Positions 53,159 through 62,604 of a stretch of 64,000 nt of DNA are shown here, piece by piece; position 1 is the first letter of the stretch, and each line of letters opens with the position of its first letter. The notes beneath the pieces were generated by a model. That model was not told the DNA's origin. It saw nothing but the letters and a program-made list of their open reading frames with translations, and ran no database searches. Source of the DNA: Dehalococcoidia bacterium (GTDB lineage: Bacteria; Chloroflexota; Dehalococcoidia; SpSt-223). The translations under genes and the position numbers were made by a program. Location: contig JAXLWW010000001.1 in assembly GCA_046328265.1 (NCBI GenBank), positions 116,552-180,551 of the forward strand, given 5' to 3'.

Positions 53159-53314
53159 ATGCCTGACGGGGCGATCCCCTGTCCATGACCAACGTCGTCG
53201 GCCACTTCCGATGACACGCTCCCAGCGATAACTGATGCGGCCCCGAGCGAGTCATCGGAGCGCGGTCGCACCGAGCCGCACCAAACGCCGCCGTCCGGGA
53301 ACCGAGCGGTCAGG

Positions 53315-53337
53315 CCCTGACACCTACCGTGTCAGGA
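53315..53337. terminator. Inverted repeat spanning the thiolase stop codon (candidate terminator)
   Basis: CCCTGACAC-ctaccg-GTGTCAGG. Confidence 0.3.
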
Positions 53338-54466
53338 TCGTCACCGCCGCATTGCCACCCGCGCCAACCACGTGAGCGAGACCGACTTTGGCATCCTCGA
53401 CCTGGCGGCCGCCGGCCTGGCCGCGGAGTTGCCAGACCACTTCGCAGATCTGGCGTAGATGGGACGCTCCCACCGGTTCGCCGTTGCTAATCAAGCCACC
53501 GCTGGTGCTGACCGGAATCCGGCCACCGATCTCGGTTTCGCCCTCGTCGATCAGCCGGCCGCCTTCGCCAGGGCCACACAGCCCGAGTTGCTCGTAGGCT
53601 TCGATCTCGCAGAAGGCGTCGGTGTCCTGAACCTCGGCGATATCGAGGTCTTCCGGGCCAACACCAGCCTGCGCGTACGCCTCCCGCGCGGCGATGGTCG
53701 TGACGGGCGGATTGTCGACTCGGGCCGTCGTGTAATACGCCGGCGCCCGAAACCATGGATAGAGCGTGAGCTTGTGCACCGAGGCCGCGACGGTGACCGG
53801 CATACTGGAGTGACGGCTGGCGATCTCGACCGGACAAAGAATCGCTGCAGCCGCCCCTTCATTCGGCGAGCAGATCATCAGGAGCCGGATCGGGTCGCAG
53901 ACCAGGCGGGAGTCGAGGACCGCTTCGAGGCTGAATTCCTTCTGGTACATCGCGTACGGGTTCTGGGCGCTGTTCTTGTGGTTCTTGACTGCAACCCGCC
54001 CGATCTGCTCGATCGTCGTGCCGTAGTCGACCATGTGCCGTTTGGCCGACATCGCCCAGTACATCGGGTTCACCGAGAGGCCGGAGAGCACTTGCCAGCG
54101 CTCGTAGATCGCCTCCGGCGACATAAACCCCCGTGGCATCTTTTCGACGCCGAGGGCAAGGGCATAGTCACATTGGCCGGAGGCGACCGCGAGGTACGCC
54201 TGGCGGAGGGCAACCCCGCCGCTCGCACAAGCCGCCTCGACATCGGCGATCGGGATCCCAGTGCGGCCGAGTCGCGAGAGTATACGAGCGCCGGAGGTCG
54301 CCGGCAGATACATCGAGGCGCAATACGCCGTCTGGATCGTCTTCCAGGGGATGCCGGCATCCTCAAGCGCCCGGTTGGTCGCCTCGAGCGCAAGGTCGCT
54401 GTACGTCTTGTCGTCGAACCGCCCGAACTTGTGCGCTCCGACACCGATAATCGCGACTGCTCTCAC
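53324..54466 (-). CDS. Thiolase-like protein (SCP-x / nonspecific lipid-transfer protein-type thiolase)
   Basis: 380 aa. MRAVAIIGVGAHKFGRF...EAACASGG catalytic Cys region and a C-terminal thiolase domain. Confidence 0.8.
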   Translation of the reverse strand: MRAVAIIGVGAHKFGRFDDKTYSDLALEATNRALEDAGIPWKTIQTAYCASMYLPATSGARILSRLGRTGIPIADVEAACASGGVALRQAYLAVASGQCDYALALGVEKMPRGFMSPEAIYERWQVLSGLSVNPMYWAMSAKRHMVDYGTTIEQIGRVAVKNHKNSAQNPYAMYQKEFSLEAVLDSRLVCDPIRLLMICSPNEGAAAAILCPVEIASRHSSMPVTVAASVHKLTLYPWFRAPAYYTTARVDNPPVTTIAAREAYAQAGVGPEDLDIAEVQDTDAFCEIEAYEQLGLCGPGEGGRLIDEGETEIGGRIPVSTSGGLISNGEPVGASHLRQICEVVWQLRGQAGGRQVEDAKVGLAHVVGAGGNAAVTILTR

Positions 54467-54467
54467 C

Positions 54468-54944
54468 TTACGCTCCTTGCCCGTCTGACACCGGCCGGAA
54501 TTTGTAGCCGATCACTTCGTTTCCCGAGGCGTCCAGTCCCAACGGCTCGACGACGAGGTCGAACCGAGTGCCAACCTCGAGGCGATCGACATCGCAGTCC
54601 GTGAGCGCCGTGACCAGGCGCAGCCCTTCCGGCAATTCGACGAGGCCAACCGCGTAGGGCACGAAGGGGTCGGGGCCAAGGTAATCACCGGGCGGCCGGT
54701 TCCGAATGACCGTGTAGGTATAGAGCGTTCCGCTGGTGCTGAGTATGGTCTCCTCAAGATCGGTGCTCTGACAGTTCTCGCAGGCTGGACAGGCCCCAAG
54801 GAAGGCCTCTCCACAGGCTCGGCACCGGGTTCCCTTCAGCCGCACCCCGGAAAGGGGCTCCAACGGTGAAGTAAAGAAATCGTCTTTGACCGGTATCCGC
54901 GGCGCGGCCACCGCGGTCTGGCCGGCGCCAGTAGCTGGGTTCAT
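54468..54944 (-). CDS. DUF35-family OB-fold/zinc-ribbon protein (partner of SCP-x thiolases)
   Basis: ATG at 54944 with a perfect AAGGAGGTG RBS. C4 zinc ribbon (CRACGEAF...CPACENC) plus an OB fold. The track ORF 54468-55340 has a non-coding upstream extension. Confidence 0.75.
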   Translation of the reverse strand: MNPATGAGQTAVAAPRIPVKDDFFTSPLEPLSGVRLKGTRCRACGEAFLGACPACENCQSTDLEETILSTSGTLYTYTVIRNRPPGDYLGPDPFVPYAVGLVELPEGLRLVTALTDCDVDRLEVGTRFDLVVEPLGLDASGNEVIGYKFRPVSDGQGA

Positions 54945-55351
54945 GCCACCTCCTTTGGACGTGGACGAGACCCTGGGAGAGTGGGCCGGCTTTTCAGAAG
55001 ACCGGACCGGGGCTGGATGAACCTCTGGCGAACGGTTGCTCCCGTCCGGAGCAATGCTCAGCCAGTCTCGTCGACGTCGTGAGCTACAGAACAGCACCAA
55101 CCCCAAATTGTCAAGGGCCACCTGCCACGGTGCCCGCGACCGGATGCTTGGACCGGGGCAGACGCCATTGGTCGTCAGCACCGCGATCGCCATCGCGACA
55201 CCCAGGTAGTGTGTGACAAGACGGCCGCAGCGAGCCCGCGTGTCGTAACAAGACCTTGTCGGTCGTTTCGAGGCCAGCGCCCGGCCTTGCTGCGCCGAGA
55301 GCGGTTTCAGGCCAGCCAGGGCGTAGGTGGCTGCCGCCAAGCCCGAACGCC

Positions 55352-57595
55352 TTAGCGGACCCCTTCCAACTGCGTCGAACCGAGCAGACCAAGCGCCTCG
55401 TTGAACGTCCTGGACGGGCGCATGATGGCCGAAACCGTCTCCTGGTCAGGCTGATAGTAGCCACCAATATCGGCGGGAGCGCCCTGAACGGCGCGCAGTT
55501 CCTCGATGATCGTTGCTTCCTGCTGCGCCAGTTGCTCCGCCAAGGTAGCGAACTCGGCGGCAAGCGACGGGTCCTCGCTTTGCCGAGCAAGTTCCCGTGC
55601 CCAATAGAGGGACAGGTAGAAGTGACTCCCTCGGTTGTCGATCCGCCCGACGCTCCGACCCGGCGACTTGTTCTCCTCCAGCAAGGTGCCGGTCGCCCGG
55701 TCGAGCGTATCGGCCAGGATCTGGGCTCGCCGGTTTCCAGTGCCCTGGGCGAAGTGCTCGAGGCACGCCGCCAGTGCGAAGAACTCCCCGAGGCTGTCCC
55801 AGCGCAGGAAGTTCTCCTTGACAAGTTGCTGGACGTGCTTTGGCGCCGATCCTCCCGCCCCGGTCTCGAACATGCCACCGCCGGCTAGCAGCGGGACGAT
55901 CGAGAGCATCTTGGCGCTCGTACCAAGTTCGAGGATCGGAAACAGGTCGGTCAGGTAGTCGCGAAGGACGTTACCGGTGACCGAGATCGTGTTCAGGCCA
56001 CGGCGAATCCGGTCGAGAGAGAATGCGATCGCGTCGACGGGCGCTCGGATCTCCAGTTGCAGACCGCTGGTGTCGTGTTCGGCCAGATACGTCCTCACCT
56101 TGCTGATGAGGGCTGCATCGTGCGGCCGCGTCTCGTCCAGCCAGAAGACCGCGGGGTCGCCGGTTGCGCGGGCGCGGCTCACCGCCAGTTTCACCCAATC
56201 GCGGATCGCGATGTCCTTGGTCTGACACATGCGGAAGATGTCGCCGGCGTTCACCTGCTGTTCGAGGACGACGGCGCCCGCCTGATCGACGACCCGAATC
56301 GTGCCGGTGGCGGCGGCTTCGAAGGTCTTGTCGTGGCTACCGTACTCTTCGGCGGCTTGCGCCATCAGCCCGACGTTCGGGACATCGCCCATCGTCGAGG
56401 GATCGTAGGCGCCGTTCTTCCGGCAGTCGTCGATGACAACTTGGTAGATACCGGCGTAGCTGCTGTCCGGGAGGACGGCGAGGGTGTCGGCTTCCTGGCC
56501 GTCCGGCCCCCACATATGACCCGAAGTCCGGATCATCGCCGGCATCGAGGCGTCCACGATGACGTCGCTCGGGACGTGAAGATTGGTGATCCCGCGATCG
56601 GAGTCCACCATGGCGAGAGCCGGACCGTCGGCAAGTTCGGCTTCGATCGAGGCTCGGATCGCCGCTCCCTGCGGCAGCGAGTCCAACCCGGCCAGAATCG
56701 CGCCCAGCCCGTCGTTGGGGTTAAGCCCGGCCTCGGCGAGCTCCGGCCCGTAGTGGGCAAAGGTCTTCGGGAAGAAGGCTCGGACGGCATGCCCGAAGAT
56801 GATCGGATCGCTGATCTTCATCATGGTGGCCTTGAGATGAAGCGAGAACAGGACATTTTCGGCTTTGGCGCGGGCGATCTGCGCCGCCAAGAACTCGCGA
56901 AGCGCCGAGACACGCATCACCGACGCGTCGACGACTTCACCCGCGAGAACCGGAACCGACGCGCGGAGCACCGTCGTCTTCCCCTCGGCATCGACGAGTT
57001 CGATCCGAAGCGAATCATCGTGGTCGATGACCGCGGACCGCTCGGTGGAGCGGAAATCGTCCGCCTGCATCTGGGCGACGTTGGTCTTCGAATCCGGCGA
57101 CCAGGCGCCCATCGTGTGTGGATGTTTGCGGGCATAGTTCTTGACTGAGGCGGGGGCGCGCCGGTCGGAATTGCCCTCTCGGAGGACCGGGTTGACGGCG
57201 CTTCCTTTGATCCGATCGTACCGGGCTCGCACCTCGCGCTCTTGCGCCGTCGCCGGCTCGTCAGGAAACTCGGGTAGAGCGTACCCCTTCTGCTTCAGTT
57301 CGGCGATCGCCGCCTTGAGTTGCGGCGCCGATGCCGAGATGTTCGGCAGCTTGATGATCCGGGCATCCGGGGTCTTGGCGAGTTCACCCAACTCCGCCAG
57401 GTCGTCGTTGATCCGCTGGTCAGGCCGAAGCCATTCCGGGAAGGCGGCGATGATGCGGCCGGCCAGCGAAATATCGCGGGTCTCGATCCGAACTCCGGCC
57501 TTCGACGCAAATGCCTGCACGATCGGCAGGAAGGAATAGGTCGCGAGAGCGGGCGCTTCGTCGGTGTGGGTATAGATAATGACCGGATCGGACAT
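55352..57595 (-). CDS. icd: Monomeric NADP-dependent isocitrate dehydrogenase
   Basis: 747 aa from [26 protein letters not shown]... (characteristic monomeric-IDH N-terminus). GGAG RBS. The track ORF has a 175-codon spurious upstream extension. Confidence 0.85.
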   Translation of the reverse strand: MSDPVIIYTHTDEAPALATYSFLPIVQAFASKAGVRIETRDISLAGRIIAAFPEWLRPDQRINDDLAELGELAKTPDARIIKLPNISASAPQLKAAIAELKQKGYALPEFPDEPATAQEREVRARYDRIKGSAVNPVLREGNSDRRAPASVKNYARKHPHTMGAWSPDSKTNVAQMQADDFRSTERSAVIDHDDSLRIELVDAEGKTTVLRASVPVLAGEVVDASVMRVSALREFLAAQIARAKAENVLFSLHLKATMMKISDPIIFGHAVRAFFPKTFAHYGPELAEAGLNPNDGLGAILAGLDSLPQGAAIRASIEAELADGPALAMVDSDRGITNLHVPSDVIVDASMPAMIRTSGHMWGPDGQEADTLAVLPDSSYAGIYQVVIDDCRKNGAYDPSTMGDVPNVGLMAQAAEEYGSHDKTFEAAATGTIRVVDQAGAVVLEQQVNAGDIFRMCQTKDIAIRDWVKLAVSRARATGDPAVFWLDETRPHDAALISKVRTYLAEHDTSGLQLEIRAPVDAIAFSLDRIRRGLNTISVTGNVLRDYLTDLFPILELGTSAKMLSIVPLLAGGGMFETGAGGSAPKHVQQLVKENFLRWDSLGEFFALAACLEHFAQGTGNRRAQILADTLDRATGTLLEENKSPGRSVGRIDNRGSHFYLSLYWARELARQSEDPSLAAEFATLAEQLAQQEATIIEELRAVQGAPADIGGYYQPDQETVSAIMRPSRTFNEALGLLGSTQLEGVR

Positions 57596-58673
57596 TGGCG
57601 CTCCATTCTGTACCGTCGGTTGCGATAAGGTGCCACGGAGAGGCTCGTCGGCCAAAGTGCAAATCGGAAAGACGTGGGACTGTCGCCGAAGCGAAAGCCC
57701 ATCTCCACGACCGCCGCGGCAGGGTCGGCGGCGCCAGCATCGTGAGGTCGTCGACCTTGGCAGCCGCCAAGCGAACGACGAGCGCAGCCCACCAGGAGCG
57801 GTAGCCGGCCCTGACGCGCATTGTACCGAAACGCTCGACTCTCGTTCAAGGCGTCGATCCGGGGAGCGCCTGCGGACGACAGTAGGCGCATTGTCGTCTC
57901 GTTGGTGGCGATCCGCAGCGGCATTCCGTAGCCCACGCGCCGCGGCTCTACCTTCTAGAAGAAGTGAGCGAACACCTTTTCGACGTCTGAATGGACGAAT
58001 TCCCAGCACTACGTCGCCTCGCCGTCGGTGTGATCGAGGGGCGCGACTCGGCCGGCAGAGCCGCCTGTCGATGCCGCACTGGTGATTCTGGTCGTTGTCG
58101 TTGCGGCCCAGAAAGGACACGGTGGCGCCGGCCTGATACCAGGGTCGACCAGAGCGCCGACAACGTTGACCAAGTCGCCGGCATCTCTCGTGACTGGCTC
58201 GGCCGGTCCATCGTCGTCCGAACTTTCGGTCGCCTCTGCCGGTTTCTGCGGCCGGACTGGTCGCTGCTGGAGATCAGCAACGGCGCAAGCCCCTGCTCGT
58301 TCCCTCCGACCGCAGCGGATTGCCCGCTACGCTGGTCCTCGAGGTCGCCGATGGGAGGCGGCGGCCGAGCGACTGGTCGCCCACGGCGAGATGCGCGTCA
58401 AGGTCCCGCTCACCTTGCAGAGCTTTCAGATGACAAAGGTCGGCTGGGGGCATCTAGTTGGGCTGCGGCTTGGCCTGCGGGATCGGATCGCGGCGCGGCG
58501 GGCCGGCCAACCGACCATCAAGGAGGAGATCTTCACAGAATCTTCACACCAGCTTCTGGCCCATTCACGCGGTTCTCACAGCCGGGCGGCTATCGTTTCT
58601 TTGTCAAGAAGCGTCGGCGGCAGCCACGCACCGGTCACGGAGCCGACGCAAGAAAGTGGTCGTCAGCCCAGCA

Positions 58674-58698
58674 CAAGCCCGCCAACGAGGCGGGCTTG
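58674..58698. terminator. GC-rich hairpin 6 nt past the GNAT stop (candidate terminator)
   Basis: CAAGCCCGCC-aacg-aGGCGGGCTTG. Confidence 0.4.
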
Positions 58699-58703
58699 GT
58701 GCG

Positions 58704-59204
58704 TTAACGAGCCGGTAGTTCCATCGTGAGCACCAGTCGCCCGGTGGAGACGAACCCCAACCGGCGGTAATAGCCAATGAGGTCGTGCGCTTCCTGGCCC
58801 TCCGGGGTGACCACGAGCGACAGCGCGCCGCAGCCCCGCCCGACCGCCCAGTCCTGCACCGCCTCAATCAAGCGCCGGCCCAACCCGCTTCCTCGATATT
58901 CCGCAAGGACGTACAGGTCGTCGAGTTCGGCCGAGCGGCCAAACTCGACGCTCAAGTCCTCACCTGCCACCGCCACCCCAACTGCCCGATCCCCATCCCA
59001 GGCCAGCAGAATCACGATCGATGGCTCGTCCAGCACCAGCCGGACATTCGCCAGAACTGCCTCGGCGGGCGTCGGGATCGCCTCCTCAGCATAGAAGCGT
59101 TCGAGCAGGCCAGCGGCGGCGGGCGCGTCGGCCACGGTCGCCGGAGCGATCTCCATCGGTATCGTCCATCCGCGGTGTGAGGGCCTAATTGTCGCCGACA
59201 TCAA
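58704..59204 (-). CDS. GNAT-family N-acetyltransferase
   Basis: 166 aa. ...VGVAVAGEDLSVEF...RGSGLGRRLIEA... acetyl-CoA-binding motif region. Confidence 0.7.
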   Translation of the reverse strand: MMSATIRPSHRGWTIPMEIAPATVADAPAAAGLLERFYAEEAIPTPAEAVLANVRLVLDEPSIVILLAWDGDRAVGVAVAGEDLSVEFGRSAELDDLYVLAEYRGSGLGRRLIEAVQDWAVGRGCGALSLVVTPEGQEAHDLIGYYRRLGFVSTGRLVLTMELPAR

Positions 59205-59346
59205 CCGAGGGTGCGAGGGTAAACGCGCTGCGAGGAAGCTACCTGATTTGGTACTCTAGATGAGGTGGCGCACCCGCGCCCGAGCGAGCGCCGCTGAAAG
59301 ATCCGAGCGAGGAGCCCAGACCCCAGAGCATGGACGCTGGCGGCGC

Positions 59347-62300
59347 ATGACCACCTCAATCGCCTGTCCGGTCTGTGGCGAGACCGTCCGGCCGGATGTC
59401 AACTTCTGCGGCCATTGCGGTGCGCGCCTGGCCGATGCTTGTCCGCATTGTGACCACCCGAACCCACGCTCCTTCCGGTTCTGTGGCAATTGTGGGCGGC
59501 CGCTCCAGGCCGGCGCGAAGCGTGCCGAGCGTCGGCTCCTGACCGTTCTGTTTGCCGACGTCGAGGGCTTCGTCGCCGCAACCGCCGGGCTTGACCCCGA
59601 GGCCGTCGCCGACCTGATGAACCGCTATTTTGCCCGCGCCGCCGAGGCGATCACTCGCTTCGGCGGGACCGTCGACAAGTACATGGGCGACGCGGTGATG
59701 GCGCTGTTTGGCGCGCCGACCGCCCACGAAGACGATGCCGAACGGGCGATCCACGCCGCCCTCGCGATCCAACGTCTGCTGGAGGACGTCCGCGAAGCAG
59801 ACCTCGGCGGTCGGCGGGTCACGCTGGCGAGCCGGATCGGCATCGCCACCGGTGAGGTCCTCTACGGTCCTGTTGGGACCACCGACCAGCCAGCGATGAC
59901 TGCGCTCGGCGAGGCAGTAAACCTGGCTGCCCGTCTCGAATCGGTTGCGCCGAGCGGCGGCGTGCTGGTGTCCGACGCCACTCGGCGGCTGACCCCCCAC
60001 CGTTTCGACGTCCAGCCGACGCCGCCGCTCGCTCGGCGCGGCTTCGCCGCCCCCATTACCGCCTTCCAGGTCCGCGGCGAGGTCACCGACGCGACATCCG
60101 GCCGCGGTCTGCCCGGGGTCAACACGTCGTTGGTCGGCCGGACCGCCGAACTTGAGATCGCTGCCCGCGCTTTCGCAAGCGCCGAGCGCCGCCGCACCAC
60201 AGTCCTCGAAATCAGCGGTGACGCGGGGATCGGCAAGAGCCGACTTGCCGCTGAACTGGTCGCCTCCACCGCAGGCCGCGCCCGCGCTGTCTACGGCCAT
60301 AGCTCTCCCCACGACCAGGTGACTGCCTTTGGCGTCGTCCGCGATATGCTCCGAGCGCTCCTGCCACCCGGTGAGCCCTTGCCGCGGCAACTCGACGCCG
60401 GTCAGCGCGACGTTCTGTCAGCGCTCTTGGAGGTCGGTGCGCCGGCTCGCCACGAGACCGGCCGGGTGACCGAGGAGGCCGCCGCGGTCGCCGGAGCAGC
60501 GCTCGCGAGGCTGCTCGTCGCCCAGGCTGGCCAACCGGTGATCGCCCTTTTTGAGGACCTTCACTGGGCCGACAATGCATCATTGCTGGCGATCCGCGCC
60601 CTCGTCGAACAGATCGCCGACGCGCCACTGCTGATCGTCTTGGTGTCGCGGCCCGATTATCTCGATACCGCTCGCTGGGCGCCGCGCGCTGCGCGTTACC
60701 ACGTCGCGCTCGATCCGTTGCCGCGCGAGGCGGCGCGCGGCATGCTGATCCAGTTGGTTGGAGACGGGGTGCTGACGCCCGAACTAGAGCGCGCCGTCCT
60801 CGACCGGGCAGCGGGAAATCCGTTCTATCTCGAAGAGTTGGTTCGATCGTTGCTGGATGCTGGAACGCTGACCGGCCCGCCCGGCGAACGCGAACTCATC
60901 GGCCGCCCGACCGGTGAAACCATCCCAACCACCCTCCGCGCAGTCATCGCCGCCCGTATCGACCGACTCGCCGAAGCCGACCGACTTTGGCTCCAACAGG
61001 CGGCGGTGCTCGGCTCTTCATTCGAGGGGGCGTTGCTGGCGGGTATCGCCGGCGACGCGTCGGCGGCTGGTCCGCTCGAGCGGTTAGTTGCCAGCCAGTT
61101 GGTCTCGCCCGAAGGCAGCCGACCAGGCTGGTTCGGCTTCAAGCATCCTCTCGTGCGCGAGGTTGCCTACAACACGATGTCGGTCAGTCAGCGCCGCGCC
61201 GTTCACCGCTCTGCTGCCGCGGCACTTCAGAAGAGCGGACCACCGACCGAACGGCTCGGTGAATTGCTCTATCACCTTGAGCGCGGCGAGCAGTGGGAAC
61301 AGGGCGCCGTCGTCGCCAAGCGCGCCGCCGAGGCCGCCCGCCGGCTCTATGCCCCCCGCGAGGCGATTGGATTGTATGGCCGGGCGATCGCTGCCCTCGA
61401 AAGCTTGGGGCCGAGCGCCGGAAGTCGCCCAAACGGTCCGTCAACTCGCCCGGTCCTTCCGTGGGGGAACACGCTGGTCGAGTTGGCGCGCGTTCGGATG
61501 GACCGCGCCGAGTCTGAGGCGCAGGTCGGCGATTATCCCGCTGCGCTCGGTGACCTCCAAGATGCGCTCCGACTGGCCGGTTCCGACCGTGCCCTTCGGG
61601 CGGCGATCCATGGCCGTCTTGGCGAGGTGCGCGAGCGGACCGGCGACTTTGCCGGAGCGCTCCAAGCACTCAACGCCGGCATCGACGAACTTGCCCCCGG
61701 CCGTGATTCGGCGTTGCTCGCTCGCTTGCTCTCGTCACTCAGCATGATCTACTACCAGCAGGGCGAGGTCGAGCGCGCCGCGGCTGCCTACGCGCGTGCT
61801 CTGCGCGAGGTCGGCGCCCACGGCGACCATCGGGAGATCTCCCGCGCCTACATCGCCCTCAACCGGCCGGGCATTGCCGACCCGAACGCGGCCGCCGAAC
61901 TTCAGGCAGCGCGCGACGCCCTCGATGCCGCCGTCGCCGCCGGTGACCCCGTCGCGGAAGCCCGCCTCGAGGCGCGGCTCGGCAGCATCTACGCCCGCCT
62001 GCGTGATTTCCCATCCGGGGTCGAGCACCTGCGACGGAGCGTGGCGCACTGGGAGCGCCTCGGGGACCTTGCCAACCTGGCGGGTGTACTGGTCAATCTG
62101 GGGGTCGTCGAACAGAGCGCCGGCGACCTACCGTCTGCGGCTGCCAGCCTGCGCCGCGCCGCCGCTACCTTCGAGCAGGCCGGCGACCAGCTTGGCCTGG
62201 CCCGGGCCCTGGCCCGCTTCGGAGTGCTGGCCGGCGCACGGGGAGACACCGACGAAGGCGCACGCCAACTCGAACAGGCGATTTCGCTCGTCGAGAGCAT

Positions 62301-62604
62301 CGGCGCACGCGAGCGCTTCCCCGAGTATTACCGCCAATTGGCCGAATTGGCTCTGGCCGCCCGCTCACCGGAAAAGGCCGAGCAAGCCGCTCGATCCGCG
62401 CTCCGCTGGGCGATCCAAGTCGGCAACCGCTTCGAGGAAGCATCCGCCCAGCGAATGCTTGGACTGGCCGCGGGACGACTTCAGCGGCGCAGCGAGGCGC
62501 TCGGCTGGTTGGGTGAAAGCCTCGTCCTCTTCGAGAAGATCGGAGCCCGTGCCAACGTCGAGACCGTCCGCCATGAACTCGATGCGCTCAGTCGGTCGGG
62601 CTAG
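59347..62604 (+). CDS. Multidomain signalling protein: double zinc ribbon, class III adenylyl/guanylyl cyclase, STAND/AAA ATPase, TPR repeats
   Basis: MTTSIACPVCGE...CGHCG...CPHCDH...CGNCG. LLTVLFADVEGF...KYMGDAVMALFGAP (cyclase homology domain). ISGDAGIGKSRLA (P-loop NTPase). C-terminal TPR-like repeats. An alternative start at 59260 adds 29 Arg-rich residues. Confidence 0.8.
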   Translation: MTTSIACPVCGETVRPDVNFCGHCGARLADACPHCDHPNPRSFRFCGNCGRPLQAGAKRAERRLLTVLFADVEGFVAATAGLDPEAVADLMNRYFARAAEAITRFGGTVDKYMGDAVMALFGAPTAHEDDAERAIHAALAIQRLLEDVREADLGGRRVTLASRIGIATGEVLYGPVGTTDQPAMTALGEAVNLAARLESVAPSGGVLVSDATRRLTPHRFDVQPTPPLARRGFAAPITAFQVRGEVTDATSGRGLPGVNTSLVGRTAELEIAARAFASAERRRTTVLEISGDAGIGKSRLAAELVASTAGRARAVYGHSSPHDQVTAFGVVRDMLRALLPPGEPLPRQLDAGQRDVLSALLEVGAPARHETGRVTEEAAAVAGAALARLLVAQAGQPVIALFEDLHWADNASLLAIRALVEQIADAPLLIVLVSRPDYLDTARWAPRAARYHVALDPLPREAARGMLIQLVGDGVLTPELERAVLDRAAGNPFYLEELVRSLLDAGTLTGPPGERELIGRPTGETIPTTLRAVIAARIDRLAEADRLWLQQAAVLGSSFEGALLAGIAGDASAAGPLERLVASQLVSPEGSRPGWFGFKHPLVREVAYNTMSVSQRRAVHRSAAAALQKSGPPTERLGELLYHLERGEQWEQGAVVAKRAAEAARRLYAPREAIGLYGRAIAALESLGPSAGSRPNGPSTRPVLPWGNTLVELARVRMDRAESEAQVGDYPAALGDLQDALRLAGSDRALRAAIHGRLGEVRERTGDFAGALQALNAGIDELAPGRDSALLARLLSSLSMIYYQQGEVERAAAAYARALREVGAHGDHREISRAYIALNRPGIADPNAAAELQAARDALDAAVAAGDPVAEARLEARLGSIYARLRDFPSGVEHLRRSVAHWERLGDLANLAGVLVNLGVVEQSAGDLPSAAASLRRAAATFEQAGDQLGLARALARFGVLAGARGDTDEGARQLEQAISLVESIGARERFPEYYRQLAELALAARSPEKAEQAARSALRWAIQVGNRFEEASAQRMLGLAAGRLQRRSEALGWLGESLVLFEKIGARANVETVRHELDALSRSG

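Noticed and set aside
57991-58707. 238-aa and 215-aa plus-strand ORFs (57991-58707, 58082-58729) in the ORF-poor tract
   Set aside because: Arg/Ser-rich, inconsistent GC3, no motifs. Treated as non-coding, and the tract is reported as a finding instead.
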